A stretch of DNA of 63,932 nucleotides, filler included, from Reticulomyxa filosa (lineage: Eukaryota > Protista > Foraminifera), in assembly GCA_000512085.1 (NCBI GenBank). It is 22 parts of 22 records of this genome, joined end to end, with 100 filler letters (N's around TTAATTAATTAA, not from the genome) between each part and the next. Parts side by side here need not be neighbours in the genome. Positions count along the whole stretch, not along the records: positions 1 to 9,364 come from ASPP01004524.1; positions 9,465 to 10,513 come from ASPP01037639.1; positions 10,614 to 17,961 come from ASPP01002791.1; 19 more parts are not named here. One strand, 5' to 3'. Under the pieces are notes generated by a model. It did no database searches. It saw nothing but the letters and a program-made list of their open reading frames with translations, and was not told the DNA's origin. Both the position numbers and the translations under genes were made by a program. Numbering within the stretch: the stretch's first letter is position 1; the number at the start of each line of letters is the position of its first letter. This document shows positions 1-11,292 of the stretch, piece by piece.

Positions 1-28
1 AAAAAAAAAAAAAAAAAAAAAAAAAAAG

Positions 29-3000
29 AATAAATGGTGCAATACCACCAGAGATTGGAAAACTGAAAAATTTACAATCGTTGTATCTATATTTCATGAG
101 GTAGAAATGTATATGTACATATAAGTAGTTTTTTATTTATACAATTTGTTTTATTTTTTTTGTGAAAGATTAACTGGAAGTATACCTTCAGAAATAGGTA
201 ATTTAACACAATTGCGAAAGCTTCATTTGTATGAAAATAAGTTTTGAAATATATGTGTACACATATATATATATATATGTTGATACAATTTTTTTAAAAA
301 AATAAAATATGTACAGATTAAGTGGTACTATTCCTCCAGAGATTTATAATTTGGCTGAATTGGAAGAGCTTTTATTGATGGGAAATGTGTTTTGTATTTA
401 TTACACAGAAAAGAAAAAGATTTTTTTTAAAAATTAATTACTTTAAAAAAAAAAAAAATTCAAAAGAGGATTATCTGGTTCCATATCCAAAGAAATCAAA
501 AATTTAACAAAATTGAAAACGTTAGATTTGAGTATTAATAAATTGACTGGTACAATATTACCAGAAATTGGAAATTTGGTTACATTACAGTATTTAGATT
601 TGAGTCAAAATTGGTTAATTATGTTTTCTTTTTTTAATGAAATTTTTTGTATAGTTTCTTTTTTCGCATTTCTAGGTTGTCTGGTACGATACCAAAAGAA
701 ATTGGAAATTTAATTGGGTTAAATAAATTATATCTTTATTTAAATGAATTAACTGGTACAATACCAATTGAAATTGGAAATCTTCGGAATTTATCTGTTT
801 TGGAATTCTCTGACAATAAACTAAGTGGAGTAATACCATTAGAAATTGGAAATTTATATCAACTACAATTTTTAGTGTTAGAGAATAATCAATTAAATGG
901 TACAATACCAAAAGGAATTGAGAATATGTATAACTTAAAATATTTGATGCTGAGTTACAATAGGTAAAAACATATATGCATATAATTTGATTTTAAAATA
1001 TAAATATCATTTAAAAAAAAAAAAAATCAGACTCAGTGGTGAATTACCAAGATTAGATAAATTATCATTTCTAAGAATTATTGAAATAAATAATAATATG
1101 TTAAGTGGAACTATTTCATTTGCTGATTCTTATAATTGGAATTATTTAACTATATTCTCTCTGGAAAAGAATATGTTTATTGGAGACTTACCAAAATTAC
1201 CTAATCGAATGAGTTCTATATTGGTATTGACATTACATATTAATCAATTTTCAGATCACAATCTACATGATTGGTATGTATGTGCATATATATATTCAAA
1301 CTAAAAAATTTTATATTCAAAATATCAACATTACAATAATCCTAAAGGCTAGATGAGTTATTTCATAAAGCATCAACATTACAAATATTATCAATTTACG
1401 ATAATCCACATTTAACAGGACATCTTCCAAATAGTATATTTGATACTCATATACAAATATTTCTTGCACATGGATGTGAAATTAATGGAATATTACCGTC
1501 AAGTAATTCTCAAGGGCATATTCATTTTTCTACGTTATTACAAAATCGTTTATCTGGTGGAATACCAAATAATTTAGTTGATAAAAATGCTACGAATTTT
1601 ATTTTTAGCTCACATAATGATTCAGGTACACACGTATGTATATGTATATAATATATTAATATATATGTATGTTTAATAAAAAATAAGGATTACTGCTATT
1701 ATTTTAATGCCAGTAATAAATTAGAGAATGGATTATATCTATTAGGTAATCGATTTTCAGAAAGTAGACAATGGTATGAAATATTTAAAAATCAAGAATT
1801 ACCAAAATATAATATCAAAAGATGAAAAAAATGCTAAAAATTTATATATTACAAAAGAAAGTATGTTTACTGAAATAATATTAATTGGATTTATTATGAT
1901 TATAACATTATTTTTATTTCTTAGAAAATCAAGAAGATATTCAATTATCAAACGATTATGTGGTAACAAAATGATATGTTGTTTTAAAATTCGAAAACTT
2001 CCAGATCATGTTGGATTTCAACAAATGAAACTATTATTGAAATGGTTTAATAATTGGTTTGTAGCAGTGATTATTAGTTCTTTGGTAATAATCTATGCAA
2101 TGAATACCACATATTATGAGAAAGGATATTTATTATCTCATTTTTCATTAGCATATATTGAAAATTTATCATTATTCACTACAACATTATTAATAATTAT
2201 TGTTTTATTATCCAATGTCGTTATTTTAATATATGCATTCCAATGGACTATCAATCCTCCATTCACTACAATAAATACTTTTGATGATAATTTTGATAAT
2301 GAAACAGATCCATTTACTTGGCAAAAAGGAGTAATATTGACATTGTTATTTTTGGGATGGATTTTAATTGCTGCAATTGTGGTGGTATATTTTGCATTTG
2401 AATCATTACCAGATAATAATACATTACATGTATCTTCAAACTTAATTTATATGATTCAAATTATAATGTCATTCTCCTTATCTTTACATAATTCTTTAAT
2501 AGCACCAAATTTTGCAATTTATGCAATTGAATTTATATTTTATATTTTTAAGATTAATAATCTTAAATTAACTCAAAAATATTATAGTTATGTTTCATTA
2601 TTTTTACAGACATTAATATGTATTATAATACCACTTTTTTTTGCTTCATATTTTTATAATGGTTGTGGTCGATATTGGATACATTATTGGGAAACTTGTT
2701 CTGGAAAAGATTTTAATCAATCTGCTGTTAGTTATTATTGGACTTATTTTGATTTTATGTCAAGTTGGTCTATGAACACAGAGGTGACAGTATTGAATTG
2801 GGGCGATTTATGTGAATATCGAGGCTTTCAATTTAGTTATAAATCAAAACAACAACATTTGATATAACACAAATAACAAAATAACTTTTTTGTTGTTGTG
2901 ATAAAACATGTATTTCAGGTACATGCATTCGTGAAATTTTGGAGAAATGGGGAAATATAATGGTAATCAAAATGGCAATTAATATATTTTTACCATGGAC

Positions 3001-3481
3001 CCGTTTGGCTAATATTCGTGCATTTTTATTTCAATGTGAATCATTAAAATTCTTGGCTGGATCAAATGAATTAAATTTTGAAACTGTTGGATTATTTGTG
3101 AATGTAGAATTAGTTATTTTATTGGGATTGTTTTGTCCATTGATTGTACCATTATGTGCTATGGCAACTATATCAAATATTTTAAATTTTCAATATTTGT
3201 TAAATAAAAAGATCAAACATGTCATAACATCAAAAGAAGATATTGTTGAAAAAAATAACATTTACAAATTATCTGATGAGATTCCTGAATTTCCAATATC
3301 AGTGCTAATTTTTCCATTTTTATTCCAACAAATTATTTGGATATTTTCTGGTGCATTAAGTAATAATCATTCTCATTTAATAAAGAATATTTTTGGCTAC
3401 TCATTTCTTATTATTGATATTTGTTTTATAATTGCTGTTATTATACAACGATATTTTTATAGAATTCGACAATATGGTTAA
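29..3481 (+). CDS. LRR-ectodomain, multipass (about 10 TM) membrane protein; 5' end missing
   Basis: Manually spliced GT-AG exons 29-100, 169-240, 317-388, 467-613, 676-963, 1031-1274, ~1348-1633, 1688-2835 and 2919-3481. They encode repeated LxxLxLxxNxLsGxIPxEIGN units followed by about 10 hydrophobic helices, with no kinase domain. The frame changes near 1811, either a +1 indel or an intron such as 1764-1821. Confidence 0.85.
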
Positions 3482-4325
3482 AATATATTTGTATTGATAT
3501 AAATAACAAAATATTTTTATAAATAAATATGAAATAAAAAGGAAAAATTGAAAATGAGTCAATGACAAGAGACAATGAAGAAGAAAGTTCAACAAAATAT
3601 CATTTAATGAAACCAATGGAAACACAAAAAGATGAATTTTAATTTGATTATTAATTGAAAATAAGTATGGTGATGTGGGATACAAAATTTTAAATAATAT
3701 CTTTTTTAATTAGATAATTAATGTACTTTTTTTTAAGAATTATCTTTTTAAATATAAAAAAAATATGAAATTGAAATTATTATTGTCAAACATGTTATTC
3801 AAAATATAAATACACTGTTGCGAATTTAATATGCACAAATATTTGTTTCACTATAACTTGATCTTTTAAAATCATATTCTACTTGTAACATATCACATTT
3901 AATTCATTAATTTGTTTTAAAAATTATTGTTGATATGCGCACAATTTATTTAATTTTTGTTGATCTTTCTTCTATCTATATTATGATATACATAATAGCC
4001 GAAAAAGAGAATATTTCATCGTAGAAAAAATATTCGCTTATTATTGGTAATTTGTCAATTACTCAACCAAAAAAGAAAATAAAATTAAAAAATTTGTTTC
4101 AGCAACTAATTTAATTGATAAGTACTTACTTCATTCAATAATTTTGTATCATTTTCATAAAGTCCACAGGATATTTCTTTATCATAATTGTAATTATTAA
4201 ATTTAATGCACACCATACTTAATTATGAACAAGTTGCTTCCCCTTTTATTGTTCTTGAAAAAAAATTGTAATATTTAATCATATATCTGCGACGATCTCA
4301 ATAGAGAAAACAAAAAACTTGAAAG

Positions 4326-5698
4326 ATGACTACTATTGACAATGAAAAACAAGCTTCAATGCAACTATCATTGGTAAGTTTCAACTAAATCTTTTCGAAA
4401 GTTAATTACTTTTAGGTATTTATTGTTGTGATCGAATTAGTTAAAAGAAGAAGAAAAGGTACAAATTATTATTCGGTATTGGGTTAGGATACTAAATATT
4501 AAATTAGGATGGATTAATGACTTTGACAAACTTGTTGTCAAATACGTTATGTTTTTTCTTTTGTCTTTTGCATTCAATGATAAAAAAAAATTAAATATTT
4601 ATTTGTTATAAACTATTTAATTAGATAACAATCACCTTTATGTTTGATACATTCCATTTATCATCCAAATTACTCAAAACATTCACTGGACATACTGATA
4701 CTGTGTGGAGTATTGATTATTCAACATTTGACAGTGATCTATATATTTGTTCTGGATCAGAAGATAAAACGGTTCGTGCATGGGATGTACATACAAATAA
4801 ACAAATTCAATTATTTAATCATTCTCATCCTGTGTCTTGTGTAAAATTTTCACAACATCATTACCAAAATCATTGTCGTTATGTCATTTGTTTTTCGTCA
4901 GATGACAACATTATTCATTTTTGGGATTTCAAAAATAATCGACAATTACAAACATTCAATGGACACACTGATAGTGTTTATGGTATTAAATTTTCATCAT
5001 TTAATAGTGGTGGATATTTGTGTTCTGGATCTGGTGACAAAACTATTCGATTATGGAGTTTTGAAGCGTCTGAGTCATTACATGTTTTCAATGGACATGC
5101 AAATGCTGTTTGGTGTGTTGATATTTCATCACCTCAAAACAATAACAACATTAATGATATTGGTGCAATTGGTGGTAATGGATATACTATTTGCTCTGGG
5201 TCATGGGATAATACTATTTGTATATGGGATATTGAAACAACAAAACAATTAATTGTATTCAAAGGGCATGAAAATATAGTGAAAAGTGTAAAATATAGCT
5301 TAAATATTGGTGCAAATACAATATTATCTGGATCAAATGATAAAAGTGTTCGTTTGTGGGATATTCGATCTGGTCAACAAATTCAAATATTCAATGGACA
5401 TACGGGTTATGTGAACGCAGTTGAGTATTCACCATTTATAGTAGATAATATTGAAATTGGTGGTAGTCCGAATGTTATATGTTCTGGATCAAGAGATAAT
5501 ACAATTCGTTTTTGGGATATTCGATCAAATAAAAAAGAATTATATGCTGTTAATGGAAATAGAAAAGAAGATTACGGAATATTATGTCTTAAATTTTTAC
5601 AATTAAAAAAGAGCTACAAAAAAAGTGATAATGATTGTGATTATGATATTAATCTATGTTATAGTTCATGGAATGGACCTATTCATATTTGGGGATAA
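4326..5698 (+). CDS. WD40-repeat beta-propeller protein with N-terminal W-x-R...GWI-x-DFDK module
   Basis: Exons 4326-4373, 4441-4545 and 4625-5698, joined by phase-0 GT-AG introns. Repeated GH...CSGSxDxTIRxWD units. Confidence 0.93.
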
Positions 5699-6099
5699 TA
5701 TCACTTTTGATTCCTTTGAGTGAATTGAAAGACATAAACATTTTCTCAGCTAAATATATTTTAAACATTGTGCCGTCACAATCAAAATGAATGGTGTAAT
5801 TTTTTTAACTGTTCTTGTTTGATTATTTCTTCACCTTTTGATCGCAGAGTTTTTATAACCAAATCAAATAAACAACTATCTTATGGAACAATTTTTGCAA
5901 TAAGTTGTCTCTTGTGCAAATCGCATTCTACAATAGTAGATTGAATGGTATATTTCTTGCTTCCATTTGTCAAATTCACATCCAAATAATATTTACTTTA
6001 TAACATCTAAGTTCTACATGTTATATCATCAAGCTATTATCATAACATTGTCATTCAGTTAAACTCAAAACAAAACAACTGAAAAAAAGGAAAATCCTA

Positions 6100-6850
6100 C
6101 CATAAAAAAATCTCTTTCCAGTGTGGAACAACACTTTGAATTTGTAAAAAGTTTAGATTGATGCAACATATCATCCAACAACAACGAGTTTATCATTCCT
6201 TTCTTTTATTAAAATTGACTACATAATTGCAATAATCAAACAAATATAGAATAAAATCGAACAGTTGAAATCAGAGAAAGAATCAAACAAAAAAAGCAAA
6301 GTGAAGAAATTTCAAAAATAGATAATGACAATCTAATCTTAAAGCGGCAATTAGTATGTTTTTTTTTATTTCTATTTCAAAACAAAAACAAATAATACAT
6401 TACATCGATTAGGACAATCGACTCACTGAAATCCAAGATTGAAAAAAGGAATTCAAATCAAATACGATACAATTCATCAAATAGACATTAATCAAAACGA
6501 AGATAAAAAAGAAAATGATTCCAGTCATCAATTATTACAATCTAAATACAATATACAACCTACATTCAACTTTGATTTGTTTCGTTCATCATCTAAATTA
6601 CTCAAGACATTGAAAGGACACAATGGTATTGTGTGGAGTATTGACTATTCAACACTTGACAATCGTTAATTCATTTATTTTGGATCATGTGGTAAAAGTA
6701 TCCGTTTGTAGAATATTCGATCCGGTCAACAAAATCAAGTGTTCAATGGACATGGAGATTGGATTATATCTGTTGAGCAACAGAAATCAAGTGATGTTAG
6801 CTTATGTTATGGTTAGAGAAAGGTCCAATTTGTATTTGGAGACAAACACG
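6100..6850 (+). pseudogene. Decayed coiled-coil + WD40 family gene
   Basis: TFNFDLFRSSSKLLKTLKGHNGIVWSIDYST matches the intact paralog at 4640. It is followed by stops, frameshifts and a jump to a late-blade segment (IRSGQQ.QVFNGH). Confidence 0.8.
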
Positions 6851-7772
6851 CAGATTCATTTCTTTGAGTAGTGCAATTTTTGCAATGTGAAAGACATGGA
6901 TGTAGTTTGCTAATCCATTTTTTATTGTTTTACTTCAAATGTGGAATGTTGTTTGTTTTATTTTTTGTAAGAATTTTTGCTTCTAAATTTAATTGTTTTC
7001 TTGCTTTCAAGCAGAGAAGGAACCAAATTGAACATTTTTGTTAAAACAGCTGCAAGTGAACAAAAAGGAAAAAATGAGATAAAAGAAAGCTCTACTTTTG
7101 AAGGAGAAATAGTTAGGAACTTTGCAAACATTGATTAGACCACAGTTTAAAAACAAAACTCCACCGTACAAAATTATTTCATTGAAAATTCACGTCTCAA
7201 AAACTTTTTGCAAAAAAAAAAAAAGTAAAAAAGTAAAAAATAATAGGGGACACATATACAACACAAATCCGTTACAAAAAAAAAACAAAAAAACCCAGAG
7301 ATGCAACACAATGGAAGCTTAAGCCAAACCTAATAAAATAAAGTTCAAAAGTTTTACAATTTAAAACAAAAAAAGAAAAACACTCTGTCGGTGTAAATAA
7401 ATAAATTATCATAAATGTATTGGATATTGCTTTTTTATTATTACTTTGGCCACAATTTAGAAGTACCAACAACAAAACAAAAAAGTCATTATTATTAATA
7501 ATTTTTTTTTTTTTTTGAGCGATTGAGATTAAAAAAAAAGAAACGGAGGCGGATAAAAAAAAAAAAAAAGAGCTGCAAGAAAGAAAACTAAGTGAAAACG
7601 ATAGAATAGAGAAAAATAACCCTCCCATTGGTCCAAAGGAAAAAGAAAAGAGGAAAAAAAAAAAAAAAAAAAGTTTTTTTTTGCTGGTTGTAATAATCTA
7701 GTCCTCATATATTTTTATGTATTTATTTGTTGTTGTTATTGTTGTTGTTGTCGTAATATGTATTTGCTATGA

Positions 7773-8917
7773 TCAACGCACACGTCGATCTCCCATTTGG
7801 ATGGAGTTGGCAGTGTCAGCAAGTGAAGAGAGATTGTAATTGAACTTACTGGCATCCACAGTGGTCATAATAATGTCGTTTAAATTTGGTAAAACTTCGT
7901 TGAAAACGCTTGACTCAGCCCATAAATCTGATTGTGACGGCAAGATATTTTGCGAGATAAAATTCATATCAACCGACATTAAAGGGGTTTTCAAATCGTC
8001 TAATGACACTTGCTTATTTTTTAATTTTTCGTCAAATGACATTGCTTTCGATTTCGACGAAAAAGCAGCTGCAGAAGAGCAAGATAATGACAATGACGAC
8101 GGCAATGGCAATGGAAATGATGACGATGAAGAGGATGACAACGAGGACGACGAAGACGACGATTGAGATTGAACGTCTGGCATTGATGGGACGTGCAGCA
8201 ATGTCTTTGCACCATTGCGAATGATCGTATTTGTATTTGCATTGGCATTAGAATTAATAGTATTGATATTTGTTTTCGTGTTTGTGTCAGATAAAGTCTC
8301 TTTGATATTGTGCACAGAAGAATTGAGGGTTGGATTGGCTCCATTGGAATTGGTAGTCCCTACCATAGCAGCCGATAACAACCCAAGCGGCTTTTCCACT
8401 TTCAATCCGTTTTCGACATCTTCGTGGAAATTGACATAAGACGGAGGAATGCCTTTGGTTTGACTTTGGATTTTGTGTTTGTGTTGTTTGTTTGGATTAT
8501 TGTGAAGGTTGGAAGACGACGACGACACGGGGAGTGATAACGGGGATGCCATTCCCGAGTCGGCTTCATCCACCGGCTCAGACTCGATGGTAATCGCCAT
8601 ACTGTGTTTGTTGCGCTTTTTTTTATACGTTGGGTGATTCAGCAGTGACCAATTGTGATTCGCATTTGCCGTCAAATGAGGTCGAGGCTTGTTCATTGGT
8701 CCCATCTGCGGCGTTAATGATAAGCGGTGGCCATTATGACCGTGGTGATATGGAGATGCACGAGGATCGGAATGTAATGTCGCCATCGTCGCCGTCGTCG
8801 TCGTCGTCGTCGTCGTTGACATGGAATGGACATTTTCATTCGGAGAGTGCTCATTGTCAGCAGTTAGTCTCGGTTGTGATCGTGATCGATGTTCTTCTTC
8901 TCCAACAACCACAATCA

Positions 8918-8951
<34 letters not shown>

Positions 8952-9324
8952 CTCTTCTTCTTCATTTCTTCCTCCTCCTCTTCCTCCTCCTTCTTCTTCT
9001 TCTTGCCCTTCCACCATCTCTATTCCGACTCCTCCTCTTCCGCCTTCTCTTTGGACATATACACTGTTATGGCCATCTTTATAAGGAGGAGCGGGCTGAC
9101 GCTGATTATGATTGTAGTTGTGATTGTGGTAATGATGATGATGATAATGAGGATGATCTTCTTTATGTTCGTCTGCAAATGGACGAGTCGACTCATACGT
9201 CATGGATGAAACACGTGTACGTTTCATCACGCTATGCGAAGAAGAAGGGCCGGAATGCAGTCGGCCGCCAAACGACACATTGTCATTGTCGTTCATTGCA
9301 TTATTGCGTCCACCGTTGCCACCT

Positions 9325-9330
<6 letters not shown>
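7773..9330 (-). CDS. Low-complexity (Glu/His/Ser/Asn/Thr-rich) protein, 3' part
   Basis: 507-aa ORF with higher GC than its flanks and poly-E/S/T tracts. The 5' side runs into a poly-A intron end at the contig break. No domain recognised. Confidence 0.6.
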
Positions 9331-9364
<34 letters not shown>

Positions 9365-9464
9365 NNNNNNNNNNNNNNNNNNNNNNNNNNNNNNNNNNNN
9401 NNNNNNNNTTAATTAATTAANNNNNNNNNNNNNNNNNNNNNNNNNNNNNNNNNNNNNNNNNNNN
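9365..9464. other. Artificial contig-joining linker (N44-TTAATTAATTAA-N44), first of 21
   Basis: Identical 100-nt spacer with stops in all six frames. Others start at 10514, 17962, 19544, 21538, 25668, 29744, 30954, 32949, 35133, 37050, 38274, 40508, 41739, 43807, 47217, 54635, 57767, 59293, 61163 and 62764. Confidence 0.99.
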
Positions 9465-9514
9465 TTTTTTTTTTTTTTTTTTTTTTTTGTAATTGAAAAA
9501 AAAAAAAAAAAAAG

Positions 9515-10513
9515 ACCAACATGCAAAAGTGACATGTGCAGCGACTGTCCCGCAAAGAAATATTATGCGTGTCAAGACAGTGTGTACTGCTCATTTCAGA
9601 ACAGGAGTGGACTTCACTTGGGTTGTGACTTGTGTCCGACCAACATCAATTGCGATCCAGATTGCCGACACTTGACCAGTCAGCCTTCTGCTTCTTGTCT
9701 TCCTCAACCACTCCTTCCGACGCCCGCACCTATTCCCGTCCCTTCCCATTCACCGACCAAGTTTCCCACCAAACCTCCAACCAAACCCCCTACCAAACTC
9801 CCAACCAAATTGCCCACGAAACCGCCGACAAAATCTCCGACAAAAATGCCCACCACAAAAGTGCCAACAAGACCTCCGACAAGACCTCCGACAAGACCTC
9901 CGACAAGACCTCCGACCAAATTTCCATCAAAACCTCCAACAAAACAGCCCACCATTAAACCCACCTCGCTGCCCACTCGATATCCTACTCATCAGCCCAC
10001 TCGCTATCCTACTCATCAACCCACTCGATATCCTACTCGTCAACCCACACGTGTTCCGACCAAGCTTCCTACCAAGTATCCGACCGCTATGCCCACGCGT
10101 GTTCCCTCCGTTATACCAACTTGGTCCCCCACTACCAGGCAACCGACCTCGAATCCTACTCACAACCCGACACATTTACCAACCCTCCAACCATCACGCA
10201 TGCCATCTTTTTCTCCGTCCACAAAGCGCCCTACGCAAGTCTCAACTAAAGTTCCGACAAGACATCCTACTAGATTCCCCACCAAATATCCGACAAAATC
10301 CCCAACAAAACCTCCAACATTACTCCCAACCAAATTCCCTACTAAGCCACCAACTAAGCCTCCTACAAAATCCCCAACAGGGCTCCCCACAAAACTACCA
10401 ACAAGACCTCCAACAAAGTCCCCAACGAAACCTCCAACTAAACATCCAACCAAACTACCAACTAAACCTCCAACTAAACTACCAACTAAACTACCAACTA
10501 AACTACCAACTAA
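9515..10513 (+). CDS. Cys-rich segment followed by long xPTx (PT-repeat) mucin-like stalk; internal fragment
   Basis: PTCKSDMCSDCPAKKYYACQDSVYC...C..C...C...C is followed by dozens of 4-aa PTKP/PTRP/PTKL repeats (12-nt tandem unit) up to the contig end. Confidence 0.8.
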
Positions 10514-10959
10514 NNNNNNNNNNNNNNNNNNNNNNNNNNNNNNNNNNNNNNNNNNNNTTAATTAATTAANNNNNNNNNNNNNNNNNNNNNNNNNNNNNNN
10601 NNNNNNNNNNNNNACAAAATATATTTTTGGACTCACAATAATGTATATATTTCATTATTTAAATTACTTTCGTTTTACGAACTCGATTCTCTTCTAAGTA
10701 AACACCTCTCGTATTACAGTTAGTGCACCAATACTATCAGCAGACGTCCCCCCCACAGTTATTAGAATATGAAATGATTGTATTATCATCAAACAAGAGT
10801 ATTATATCTCTCTTAGAATTTTATTTTTTTTTGGAGTTTCATTTATATTGCAATCGAAGTTGAAATATAAAAATTGAAATATTGTGCAAATAAAAGGAAA
10901 TGGATGATGAAGCGGAAGACTGAGTAATGCGCCTCGTTTCCCGTTGGCGCACAACAAAT

Positions 10960-11139
10960 TGTTTCGAGCGGATGGAACGTAGATTTGGAGTGTTGGTAAA
11001 GCATTTAAACAAGGAGGATCGACTTCGATTGGAAGACGCATTTTATTTAGTGAAAACATGCAAGGAGCTATTTAAAAAAGAGCCAAACTTGTTGTGTCTG
11101 AAAGATTCAATTACCGTGTGTGGAGACTTACACTGTTAA
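10960..11139 (+). pseudogene. Fragment of a PPP phosphatase (calcineurin A-like) N-terminus
   Basis: HLNKEDRL...ELFKKEPNLL.LKDSITVCGDLH ends at the GDxHG motif. No downstream catalytic exons occur before the convergent EFL gene. Confidence 0.75.
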
Positions 11140-11292
11140 TTTTTTGATTTGCTGCTTATATAACGTGATAAGTAATATTTCACGATAAAAAAAATAAAAT
11201 AAAAATGTTTTTATTAAAAAATAATATGGAATTATTAAAACAAAATGATTATTCATTCATTTAAAAGTTTTTGTGTCAATTATTTTGTTCTC

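Noticed and set aside
7840-9420. Multiple long overlapping ORFs antisense to the low-complexity gene
   Set aside because: Trinucleotide-repeat, stop-poor sequence gives shadow ORFs (poly-L/F/S) with no independent coding signal.
9632-10569. Alternative-frame and antisense ORFs (LVGG, QLNY repeats)
   Set aside because: By-products of the 12-nt PT repeat.
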